DNA of 44,041 nucleotides, taken from a virus. Taxonomy: Duplodnaviria; Caudoviricetes. Below, one piece after another: positions 25,861 through 33,216 of the stretch. The stretch is from positions 1 to 44,041 of IMG/VR virus record IMGVR_UViG_3300020440_000001. One strand, written 5' to 3'. The translations under genes and the position numbers were made by a program. Positions within the stretch are counted from its first letter, which is position 1, and each line of letters begins with the position of its first letter. The notes under the pieces were generated by a model that saw only the letters and a list, made by a program, of their open reading frames with translations, did not search any database and was not told where the DNA came from.

Positions 25861-27489
25861 ATGCCCAAGATTCGCAAAAAGTCAACCGCTTCCTATCGTG
25901 CAGACGTTCGCAGTCTGCCCAACTACAGCGGCACCGCATGGAACGATCTCCGTGCAGCCGAGTGTCGGCAGGTGCTAACGATGTCGCAATTCTGCGGCCT
26001 GCGAGACGCACACTTATTGCGCGTCATTATGGCCCGTCCGCTCGGCTATTGGCCCAAGAATATGACCAAGGGCAGCGGCAGCGGAGTAGGGCAGAAGCCT
26101 ATCCCGGGCCAAGCCCCCACCGCTGAACAGCAAGAATGGATGCGGAAGCGCCGTGATGGGACGGGCGTGCCTTCCAGCCTGCTGCGGAAGTGCGGCGTGC
26201 TTGACGCACCGCTTGACGCTATCGCCAAGTCGAGCACCCGCTCATTCGGCTCGGCTGCAGCCAACAATGTCGAGCAGGGCAGCGAATCCGGCGGTGCACC
26301 CGAGCAGGAATCTGCCCCGGCTCCCGGCAACGGTGAGGGTGGCGGCGAGCCGACATCCGAGAAAATGCTTGAGGCTGAGCAGCAGCGGATTTATGCAGCC
26401 GAAAGGCGAGAGAATGCAGCCGCAGCACGTGCAGCAGCAGCCACAGCCATTGAGCAGGGCAATATGGCAGAAGCAGCCGAGCAGGCCAACCACGCAGTCC
26501 ACGAAGAAAAGGTTGCCGAGCAGAACGAACGTTGTGCCGAGAGTCTTGAGGCTGAGGCCAAGGCCGAAGCAGAAGCAGAAGCAGCAGCAGCAGCCGAAGC
26601 AGCAGCAGCCGAGCAGCGTGCAGCGGCTGCAGCCAAGACGGGCTGGTTTGCCGTCCTGCAGGAAGCGCGCAAGCGTGCCGATCAAGACCCCGATGGTGGG
26701 CGGGTCATCTCAACCCGCACCATGGGCGGCGTTGCCCGCATGGTTGCCGATGGTGCAAGCCGTGCACAGGTCATCGACGCCCTCACGCAATCGTGGGAGC
26801 CGGAAGAAATCGCCAAGGTCTACGGGCACATTGATGAGGGTGCTGCGGTTGCTGAACGCCGACGTGACCGTCAACCGCTGCAGCCCATTGGCGACTGGCA
26901 GCACGTGATCGACGATGCGGTGCAGCGTTGCCCCACCAACCTGCTCGACTTCCCACACGATCAACTGCCCAACATGCTCGACCGACTGCAGCACGGGCAA
27001 GTGTGGATTGTCGGCCCGACCGGCTCGGGCAAGACGTACGCCGCTAAGCAGGCTGCGGCGGTGCTCGATCAACCCTGCAATCTTGTGTCCTGCGGTGAGG
27101 AATTGATGCTGCAGCAATTGGTGGGTGCACGTGATGCCCACGGTGTGTTCCACACCGGCCCATTGCTGGATGCATACGAGAATGGCGGCATCATCATCCT
27201 TGACGAATTCGACAAGTGTGACCCCGGTGTGTCGGGTGCATGCAATGCGTTCCTCAACCGTGACCCCGAGATTGCAGTCACCGACCGAGCCGAGCAGCCG
27301 GTTGCCAAGATGCACCCCGACTTCCGGGTGGTCATTGCAACCAACACGTTCGGCAACGGCTCGGATGGGCAGTACCTTGTGCAGCAGCAGTCACTCGACT
27401 TGGTTGCACGCTTCGAGCACCCCGGTCTGCAGATGTTCGTCGGCTACTCCGATGCAGTCGAGCGCAACATCCTTGGGGAGATTGCCTAA
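25861..27489 (+). CDS. MoxR/CbbQ/CobS-like AAA+ ATPase (542 aa) with long N-terminal extension
   Basis: Walker A GPTGSGKT (27013-27036), Walker B IIILDEFD, sensor I VIATNTFG, ARF arginine finger. AAGGAGG RBS. Confidence 0.88.
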   Translation: MPKIRKKSTASYRADVRSLPNYSGTAWNDLRAAECRQVLTMSQFCGLRDAHLLRVIMARPLGYWPKNMTKGSGSGVGQKPIPGQAPTAEQQEWMRKRRDGTGVPSSLLRKCGVLDAPLDAIAKSSTRSFGSAAANNVEQGSESGGAPEQESAPAPGNGEGGGEPTSEKMLEAEQQRIYAAERRENAAAARAAAATAIEQGNMAEAAEQANHAVHEEKVAEQNERCAESLEAEAKAEAEAEAAAAAEAAAAEQRAAAAAKTGWFAVLQEARKRADQDPDGGRVISTRTMGGVARMVADGASRAQVIDALTQSWEPEEIAKVYGHIDEGAAVAERRRDRQPLQPIGDWQHVIDDAVQRCPTNLLDFPHDQLPNMLDRLQHGQVWIVGPTGSGKTYAAKQAAAVLDQPCNLVSCGEELMLQQLVGARDAHGVFHTGPLLDAYENGGIIILDEFDKCDPGVSGACNAFLNRDPEIAVTDRAEQPVAKMHPDFRVVIATNTFGNGSDGQYLVQQQSLDLVARFEHPGLQMFVGYSDAVERNILGEIA

Positions 27490-27605
27490 TGCACCGTCAC
27501 AAGACCAACGGCCAACGCCGCACCGTCGTCAATTGGGGCGGCGGTGGCAAGCCCAAACGATCCAAGTCCAAGTCCAACCCCAAGCCAAGGAGGCACAAGA
27601 AATGA
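27489..27605 (+). CDS. 38-aa highly basic peptide MHRHKTNGQRRTVVNWGGGGKPKRSKSKSNPKPRRHKK
   Basis: Hand-translated. Fills the gap exactly, with TAATG and ATGA couplings. Confidence 0.5.
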   Translation: MHRHKTNGQRRTVVNWGGGGKPKRSKSKSNPKPRRHKK

Positions 27606-28492
27606 TTGACCATTACAACATCGACCGCAATGCGGCACCCGGATCTATCCCACACCGCAAGAATCGGGGCACCCCCGGCAGCGGGTATATCGTCCGGCAT
27701 TGGGATAACAGTGCCGACCTCATTCACTGCAGTGAACGCTTCGACTTCCAGCCCGGGCACAAGCACGTCAAGACCGAGCGCGAGTGGTGTCTTGGCGAGC
27801 ACGCCGATGAGCCCACGGCCAAGGCCGCGCTGTCTGCCGGGGACGTGCATGATTCCACCATGCAAATGTACACCGATGCCCGCAAGCGCTTCAGTGGTGC
27901 ATTTGCCAAGGTGACGGGCGAGCATGCCAAGGTATCGGGCAAGCGGCGCAAGCGGCGCAACCCCTACGCTGGGCAACTGAACGTGCAGCGGTTCCTTGCA
28001 GGGGATGCCAAGCCCTTCACTCAGCGCAGCCGTCGCACCCAATCACCCAAGATCCGCATCGGATTCCGCAACAACGGCAACGGCCATGTCGATTCAGCTC
28101 AAATGGCGCAGTGTGCGGCCAATGCTGCAGCGGTTGCACAACTGCTCTTCGACAAGGGCTTTGCTGTTGATGTCTCTGCTCTCATCGGCACAAAGATCAA
28201 CGGCGTGTTCGACTGCGACATCGTGCGGCTGCACACTGCAGGGCACCGGCTCGATGCCAAGCGGCTGCTATCCATTGGCCACCCGGGCATGCACCGAGTG
28301 TGGGCGAGGGACATCCGAGCGCAGAACCATGACCAATCTGCCAGCGGGTTCGGCTCATCGGTCAACCCGCCGCATGATTTGATTGCCGAAAACTTCGACA
28401 TCTTTCTCAACATCGACGGCGAGCAGTCCGATGTAATCCAGCAAGTCGAGGGCCTGCTCGGCAAGATCAAGGAGGGCAAACTCAATGCTTGA
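27602..28492 (+). CDS. VWA-like partner of the AAA+ ATPase (296 aa)
   Basis: AAGGAGG RBS, ATG 27602. G.LNV.RFLAG..KPF, L...G..V.V and HP.M.R motifs typical of phage MoxR-associated VWA-like proteins. MIDAS appears degenerate. Confidence 0.65.
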   Translation: MIDHYNIDRNAAPGSIPHRKNRGTPGSGYIVRHWDNSADLIHCSERFDFQPGHKHVKTEREWCLGEHADEPTAKAALSAGDVHDSTMQMYTDARKRFSGAFAKVTGEHAKVSGKRRKRRNPYAGQLNVQRFLAGDAKPFTQRSRRTQSPKIRIGFRNNGNGHVDSAQMAQCAANAAAVAQLLFDKGFAVDVSALIGTKINGVFDCDIVRLHTAGHRLDAKRLLSIGHPGMHRVWARDIRAQNHDQSASGFGSSVNPPHDLIAENFDIFLNIDGEQSDVIQQVEGLLGKIKEGKLNA

Positions 28493-28787
28493 ATTAGAAT
28501 GGGATGACTGGTGCAGATACCTGTCCATCCAAAAGACCAAGAAGGCGCACGACTGCGTGCAAGCCATCACTCTCCCGGTGTACCACGTGCCCCGGGAGGT
28601 GATGGACCAGCGTGATCTAAGGGCCACTTACTATTGGGAAGATTGCCCGGACCATGCATCCACCAGCGACTACTGGTCGTGGTGCCTAGAACGTGGGCAC
28701 AACCTTGTATCCGAGGGGTTGAACCCCACGGCGGCGCATGCTACAATCAACCAACAAAGGAGGCACCCATGCCCAAAATCAAAGTGA
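28485..28787 (+). CDS. Hypothetical early protein (100 aa)
   Basis: GGAGG RBS; overlap-coupled. Confidence 0.55.
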   Translation: MLELEWDDWCRYLSIQKTKKAHDCVQAITLPVYHVPREVMDQRDLRATYYWEDCPDHASTSDYWSWCLERGHNLVSEGLNPTAAHATINQQRRHPCPKSK

Positions 28788-29077
28788 CAAAGAAACAGTA
28801 CGCCCAAGTAGTGGAAACGACCGTGGCCTACATCGAAGTTCCCGAGGGCCGTGACCCCAAGGACTTCATGGAAGACATCGACTGCGACATGCTCCACGAG
28901 GAGCCGCTACAGGCCGCCGAGGACGCCGCTTACATCCAGTACGACAATGATGACCCCGAGGACGGGCCAGTGGCCAGAGAGCGGGAAGTGTTTGTGGGCT
29001 CCGAACAATGCACCCGGGATTATGAGTGGTGCGACAACGTCTATAACGGCGACGAAGAAATGGAGGTGGTCGAATGA
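28769..29077 (+). CDS. Acidic early protein (102 aa)
   Basis: AAGGAGG RBS before ATG 28769. Very D/E-rich. Confidence 0.7.
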   Translation: MPKIKVTKKQYAQVVETTVAYIEVPEGRDPKDFMEDIDCDMLHEEPLQAAEDAAYIQYDNDDPEDGPVAREREVFVGSEQCTRDYEWCDNVYNGDEEMEVVE

Positions 29078-29145
29078 TTGACCCCACCTATCCCGATGAC
29101 CTTGATCCCAACAACCCCGAGAACTACGAGGAGATTTCCAAATGA
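29074..29145 (+). CDS. 23-aa acidic mini-ORF MIDPTYPDDLDPNNPENYEEISK
   Basis: GGAGG RBS at 29062-29066 and ATGA overlaps at both ends. Confidence 0.45.
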   Translation: MIDPTYPDDLDPNNPENYEEISK

Positions 29146-29777
29146 GTAAACCAGCACAATCCCTTACACACTACGTCGAGCACCTGATCGACAACGCATC
29201 CGAGTACCTTGACTTTCGTGACGTGCTCATCGCAGCAATGCACCTTGGCCTAGCCCAGCAATTCCGAGACAACGGGGGCAGCACCCCCGAGGAGGATGCC
29301 AAGGCTATGTTCAAACTGATGTCCGCACCTGACCATGTGAAGTGCGCGTACACAATCAACACGTTCGCGTCACTCATCGCCAGCCGTGACCGTTGCACCG
29401 CTCGCCAGCATGAGTCGTATGCCGACACCATGCGTGACTTCATTGCGGAGTCAAAGACTCGTGACGCTACGCCCGAGGAGATGCGTGAGCAACTTGGGCA
29501 TTGGATGCACAAGATGCAGCGGTTCGCAGCGGAGGATCAAGAGTCTCACGACTCAACAGCCAAGGTTGCGGTGGCGTCGGCAGCCAACAGTTTCTCCGAC
29601 TTCACCATGGCTTGCAAGGATCACCTTGCGCACGTGCTGGCGCAGTACGCTGCGAACCACGTGCGTGAGGCCGAGGATATTGATACTGATCGAATGATTG
29701 AAGGGGCGAAGGTCGCCCACGATGAAGCCCAGCACCACGTCGAAGTGGTGCGCATTCTTATGGAGGGAAACCAATGA
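29142..29777 (+). CDS. Hypothetical all-helical early protein (211 aa)
   Basis: GAGGAG RBS; coupled ORF. Confidence 0.7.
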   Translation: MSKPAQSLTHYVEHLIDNASEYLDFRDVLIAAMHLGLAQQFRDNGGSTPEEDAKAMFKLMSAPDHVKCAYTINTFASLIASRDRCTARQHESYADTMRDFIAESKTRDATPEEMREQLGHWMHKMQRFAAEDQESHDSTAKVAVASAANSFSDFTMACKDHLAHVLAQYAANHVREAEDIDTDRMIEGAKVAHDEAQHHVEVVRILMEGNQ

Positions 29778-30196
29778 ACATCGCAACTTTTATTGCAACT
29801 CTTGCAGCAAACAGTGAACTGGTTGCACCACCGTATGAGCACGCCCTTGAGCGTGCCATACACGTGGTGGAATCGAGCGGGCAACTGACCGGGGATCGTC
29901 CGATCCTTGGTGACTGGTGCCCACACCGTGGGGTCTACCTTTCACGGGGCCCCCTGCAAATTAGTGAAGCGGCGTGGATCGACGCCAGCATGCCCGGCAA
30001 GTACGAAGATGTTGACGATCTGCAGTACAGCCTGCGGGTATTCCGCAGGTACATGGCAAGGTACGCAACCGAGCGCAGGCTCGGGCGCAAGCCAACGCTA
30101 GAAGATCAAGCCCGTATCTGGAATGGTGGCCCCAACGGCTACAAGCGTGCCGCCACCAATGGTTATTGGAGCAAAGTGAAGGAGGCCCTCAAATGA
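29774..30196 (+). CDS. Invertebrate-type (destabilase-like) lysozyme (140 aa)
   Basis: AI..VES, GD...S.GPLQIS...W.DA and ARIWNGGPNG......YW.KV signatures. Confidence 0.8.
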   Translation: MNIATFIATLAANSELVAPPYEHALERAIHVVESSGQLTGDRPILGDWCPHRGVYLSRGPLQISEAAWIDASMPGKYEDVDDLQYSLRVFRRYMARYATERRLGRKPTLEDQARIWNGGPNGYKRAATNGYWSKVKEALK

Positions 30197-30870
30197 GCGC
30201 CGTCATCTATGCAAGAGTATCCCCACGCCCCGAGCCGGGGCACGCCAGCATCGCACTCCAAGTGGAGGAGTGCGAACGCTGGTGCGGGGAGAACAACGTC
30301 GTTGTCGATAGCATTCACACCGATCAAGGGTTTAGCGGTGCTGACCCTGATCGGCCCGGACTATGGGAGGCGGTGGATGAACTTGGCCGGGGCACCATCC
30401 TGCTGGTGCACAAGCTCGACCGTCTCGCACGTGATGTCTATCTTTCTGAAGGCATTCACCGTGAGGTTGAGAAGTGCCGCGCCCGTGTTCATGCGGTGCA
30501 CGGTGGTGCGGTGGAGAACACACCCGAAGGCAAGATGGTGCGGCAGATTCTCGACGCTGCTGCTGAGTATGAACGCCGGGTCATCAAGGCTCGCACGTCC
30601 GCAGCCATGAAGCGGCACCAACGTGAGGGCAGGCGTATGTCGAATCAGCCACCGTTCGGCATGATGCTTGACCCGGAAGATGCCGGGATGCTCATCGCCT
30701 GCCCGCATGAGCAGGCTGCGATCTCATTGGTCCACAACATGCGGGTCGCAGGCAAAGGGTACAAGGCCATTGCCAATTCCCTCAATCAGTCGGGGATCCC
30801 GGCTCGGGGTCGGCAGTGGTATGCGTCCTCTGTTCGTGCGATCCTTTCTCATCAGCACGTGCCTGCATGA
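30193..30870 (+). CDS. Serine recombinase (resolvase catalytic domain plus short C-terminal recombinase domain, 225 aa)
   Basis: IYARVS, D.G.SG...DRPGL, KLDRLAR, AEYER..I..RT, PFG and IA..LN..GIP..G..W motifs. GGAGG RBS. Confidence 0.92.
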   Translation: MSAVIYARVSPRPEPGHASIALQVEECERWCGENNVVVDSIHTDQGFSGADPDRPGLWEAVDELGRGTILLVHKLDRLARDVYLSEGIHREVEKCRARVHAVHGGAVENTPEGKMVRQILDAAAEYERRVIKARTSAAMKRHQREGRRMSNQPPFGMMLDPEDAGMLIACPHEQAAISLVHNMRVAGKGYKAIANSLNQSGIPARGRQWYASSVRAILSHQHVPA

Positions 30871-31174
30871 TGCGGGCTAGGTCGGGCAAGTGGGTGGCCC
30901 TGCACAGGGTCATCCACTGTCCGCCGTTTGATCTCATAAATACCACAGGCGTGAGTCCATCCTTGGCATCCGACTCCGCCTGCTCCAAGAATCGTTCCGC
31001 TGCTATGCGTTGAACGAACTTGACCTCAACCCACAACTCAGCATCGACAACTACATCAGGATCAATTGCTCCGCTGGATTGACGCGAGCGGTGTGCAGAG
31101 AATCCGAATTGCTCCAGCAGTTTGCAAACTTCTCGCTCGCCACGCTTGCCCTTCTCTCTCTGCATCTTACCCAT
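30782..31174 (-). CDS. Holliday-junction-resolvase-like PD-(D/E)XK nuclease
   Basis: MGK.QR.KGKRGERE...PDV.....VEVK motif. Start ATG 31174. Confidence 0.75.
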   Translation of the reverse strand: MGKMQREKGKRGEREVCKLLEQFGFSAHRSRQSSGAIDPDVVVDAELWVEVKFVQRIAAERFLEQAESDAKDGLTPVVFMRSNGGQWMTLCRATHLPDLARIMQARADEKGSHEQRTHTTADPEPGSPTD

Positions 31175-31316
31175 CGGGCTTGTCCGGATGGTACACCACG
31201 ACTGTTGCACCACACTCGGCACAGTGCAGGTTCGTCTCGATCAGGTAATCATCTTCTGGCTCTGCATCATGGTCCCCGCCCCATATCAATTCGCCTTGGC
31301 AAAGGTAGCAATTCAT
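31167..31316 (-). CDS. 49-aa zinc-ribbon protein MNCYLCQGELIWGGDHD...NLHCAECGATVVVY
   Basis: Hand-translated. ATGA overlap; CxxC...CxxC; ELIWGGDHD motif recurrent in aquatic phages. Confidence 0.75.
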   Translation of the reverse strand: MNCYLCQGELIWGGDHDAEPEDDYLIETNLHCAECGATVVVYHPDKPDG

Positions 31317-31753
31317 TTGATCTCTCCGAAGTGTGAATTAGGAATCATGTAGCACGGCTCGATGTCGCCGCCGTCTCTAGTTTGCACCGTGCGTCCGCCG
31401 TGCACCAACTTGGCGTGCAGGTGTATGTCCCCAAGCCGTGCATAGTGCAGGCGTCCATCGTTGGTGGCCACCACAAACAGGGTTGGCAAACCAAGTGCGT
31501 CTGCGTAGTTTGCAGCAGTGAGAACTTTGCTCATGGATATCATTACGGTGGGGTACTGACCCCATCGCATGTGCCTCGCCTTGATCTCCACGAACCCAGC
31601 GATTTCCCCGTCACGCACCACTGCGTAGTCCATGCGGTAAGAGATGGGCAACTTCTGATACTCGCCACCCCACGCAGCAGCCAGCCTCTTGACTACCTGC
31701 TGCTCGTTGTTGCGGTCGCCGCTTGATTCATACATCGGCCTCGTCATCGTCAT
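31313..31753 (-). CDS. PD-(D/E)XK-fold nuclease-like protein
   Basis: RPMYE...D..NE, Y.MDY and FVEIK.R motifs. Confidence 0.7.
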   Translation of the reverse strand: MTMTRPMYESSGDRNNEQQVVKRLAAAWGGEYQKLPISYRMDYAVVRDGEIAGFVEIKARHMRWGQYPTVMISMSKVLTAANYADALGLPTLFVVATNDGRLHYARLGDIHLHAKLVHGGRTVQTRDGGDIEPCYMIPNSHFGEIK

Positions 31754-31919
31754 CCTCCTCTTCTACTGATCCATCGGTGTCCTCGTACTCATTCCAAACG
31801 TCAAGAGTCACCCGGAGCATGACACCCATCAGGGCGTACACATCCATGTCATCGAACTCAACCGTCCAGTATTTGATACGGCCCATGATCTCTTCATACA
31901 GTTTGTCTGCGCTGTTCAT
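31728..31919 (-). CDS. Small acidic protein (63 aa)
   Basis: ATGA-coupled to primase; acidic tail. Confidence 0.6.
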   Translation of the reverse strand: MNSADKLYEEIMGRIKYWTVEFDDMDVYALMGVMLRVTLDVWNEYEDTDGSVEEEDDDDEADV

Positions 31920-32722
31920 ACGTTGCTTGCCTGCTCAATCAATATGTCCAACTGCTGCCGGGACAACCCGCCAACTACCCATTCTTTTGCATCAGTACAT
32001 GAGCCACGTGGCTCCACGATCTTGACCTGCTTGGTCTTCACCTTCAGGGTCTTGGCCACCGACTCTGCACCGTCGATGCCGGGCTTGTCCTTGTCGGGGA
32101 TGAGCACGATCTGGTTCTTCCAGCTCACCAACTCATATAGATACTTGGTGCCACCGTTACAGGATGGCCTACCCACCACGTTGTACCCAAGTGTGTGCAA
32201 CGCTGCCGCATCTGTTGGCCCTTCTGCCACAAGTAGCAAGCCACTTGAACAGTCTGCACCGTGCATGAACAAGCCCGACCTGCTGCCCTTGACCGACAAC
32301 TTGCGACCATTGGGGTATCGCAGCCGCACGCCGATCACCTTCCCACTTGCATCGTGCATGGGAAAAGTGTACGCACCCTTGGCTTGGCTCCACCCCATGC
32401 GGAAAGCACGAAGTGAATCTTGCGGCAACTGCAGGTCGTTCGCCATGAACTCCCACTGGTGTGGTGCCATGGCCTGTTCACACTTCAGCACGCCAGCCTC
32501 CCAGTCAATGTTGCATTCCTCCTGCACCGGCAGTGCTGGTACAGGTGGGGCAAACATCTCTCCGCTTGGTCGGTGCAGCCAGCCCGCATCACCAAGGCTT
32601 CTTTCCGACGGAACCCTCGGGCAGATCACCGCCGTCCCGTCTTTGCTCACCATGCACCAATCTGGTTTGTTGCATATCGGGCACGGATTTGTCTTGCTCA
32701 CTCTGATCCATTCCGAACTCAT
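31916..32722 (-). CDS. DNA primase (Zn-binding domain plus TOPRIM, 268 aa)
   Basis: PCPIC.KPDWC...VIC.R zinc domain, FPM.D..G.VIG...R, VAEGPTDAAAL and PDKD.PG..GA. Confidence 0.88.
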   Translation of the reverse strand: MSSEWIRVSKTNPCPICNKPDWCMVSKDGTAVICPRVPSERSLGDAGWLHRPSGEMFAPPVPALPVQEECNIDWEAGVLKCEQAMAPHQWEFMANDLQLPQDSLRAFRMGWSQAKGAYTFPMHDASGKVIGVRLRYPNGRKLSVKGSRSGLFMHGADCSSGLLLVAEGPTDAAALHTLGYNVVGRPSCNGGTKYLYELVSWKNQIVLIPDKDKPGIDGAESVAKTLKVKTKQVKIVEPRGSCTDAKEWVVGGLSRQQLDILIEQASNV

Positions 32723-32924
32723 TGTCGATCATGTCCTCCGGGATGCCATGACTGCGCATCCAAACGCGGACGTCCTCGATCAAGACCCGCCGGTGCCCGC
32801 TGCCCGGTAGTCGATATCCCTTTAGGTTGCCACGGTCAATCTCTCGGATCACGGTCTGCTGCGAGCAGCGTGCAAGCTCTGCGATTTCACCAGTGGTCAG
32901 GTAGTCACGTTCATTCGTACTCAT
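32589..32924 (-). CDS. Excisionase/MerR-like (HTH_17) DNA-binding protein
   Basis: YLTTGEIAELARCSQQTVIREIDRGNLKGYRLPGSGHRRV...MRSHGIP. The tail overlaps primase by 134 nt. Confidence 0.85.
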   Translation of the reverse strand: MSTNERDYLTTGEIAELARCSQQTVIREIDRGNLKGYRLPGSGHRRVLIEDVRVWMRSHGIPEDMIDNEFGMDQSEQDKSVPDMQQTRLVHGEQRRDGGDLPEGSVGKKPW

Positions 32925-33216
32925 TGAAGTCAATGCCTCTTTGTTCTAGTTGTATCCACCTGTTTTTCCCATCTATTCTCCGGCGTATTGCACCGTGCAA
33001 ACGCCTGTGTTTGTAGTGCACATCCTGCGTAATGATCAACGTCAAGAAGCGGGACAGTGAACCTTTGTTTGGATCAAACCTGCGGTCGTATGCAGGCCGT
33101 GCAATTTGGTAGAACTCACTGACAATCTCGTCCACCTCCCACAATGGGAAGCGGTGGCTGTATCTCTGTGCAAGGAAATACAGTAGCCCGAGGTGTTCAT
33201 CTAGTGGGTGACTCAA
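32911..33216 (-). CDS. Sigma-70 region-2-like protein (101 aa)
   Basis: HLGL...LA.RY......DEIVSE......AY.RRFDP.KGS...F pattern. No region 4. TTG start. Confidence 0.55.
   Translation of the reverse strand: MSHPLDEHLGLLYFLAQRYSHRFPLWEVDEIVSEFYQIARPAYDRRFDPNKGSLSRFLTLIITQDVHYKHRRLHGAIRRRIDGKNRWIQLEQRGIDFNEYE

Noticed and set aside
26545-26635. GCA/GAA-rich tandem repeats
   Set aside because: They encode the Ala/Glu helical linker of the AAA+ protein; not an independent element.
27125-27601. 5' extension of the 455-aa ORF
   Set aside because: Out-of-frame overlap with the AAA gene. The real start with RBS is ATG 27602.
31923-33016. Plus-strand 295-aa and 198-aa ORFs
   Set aside because: Antisense shadows of the primase and HTH genes.
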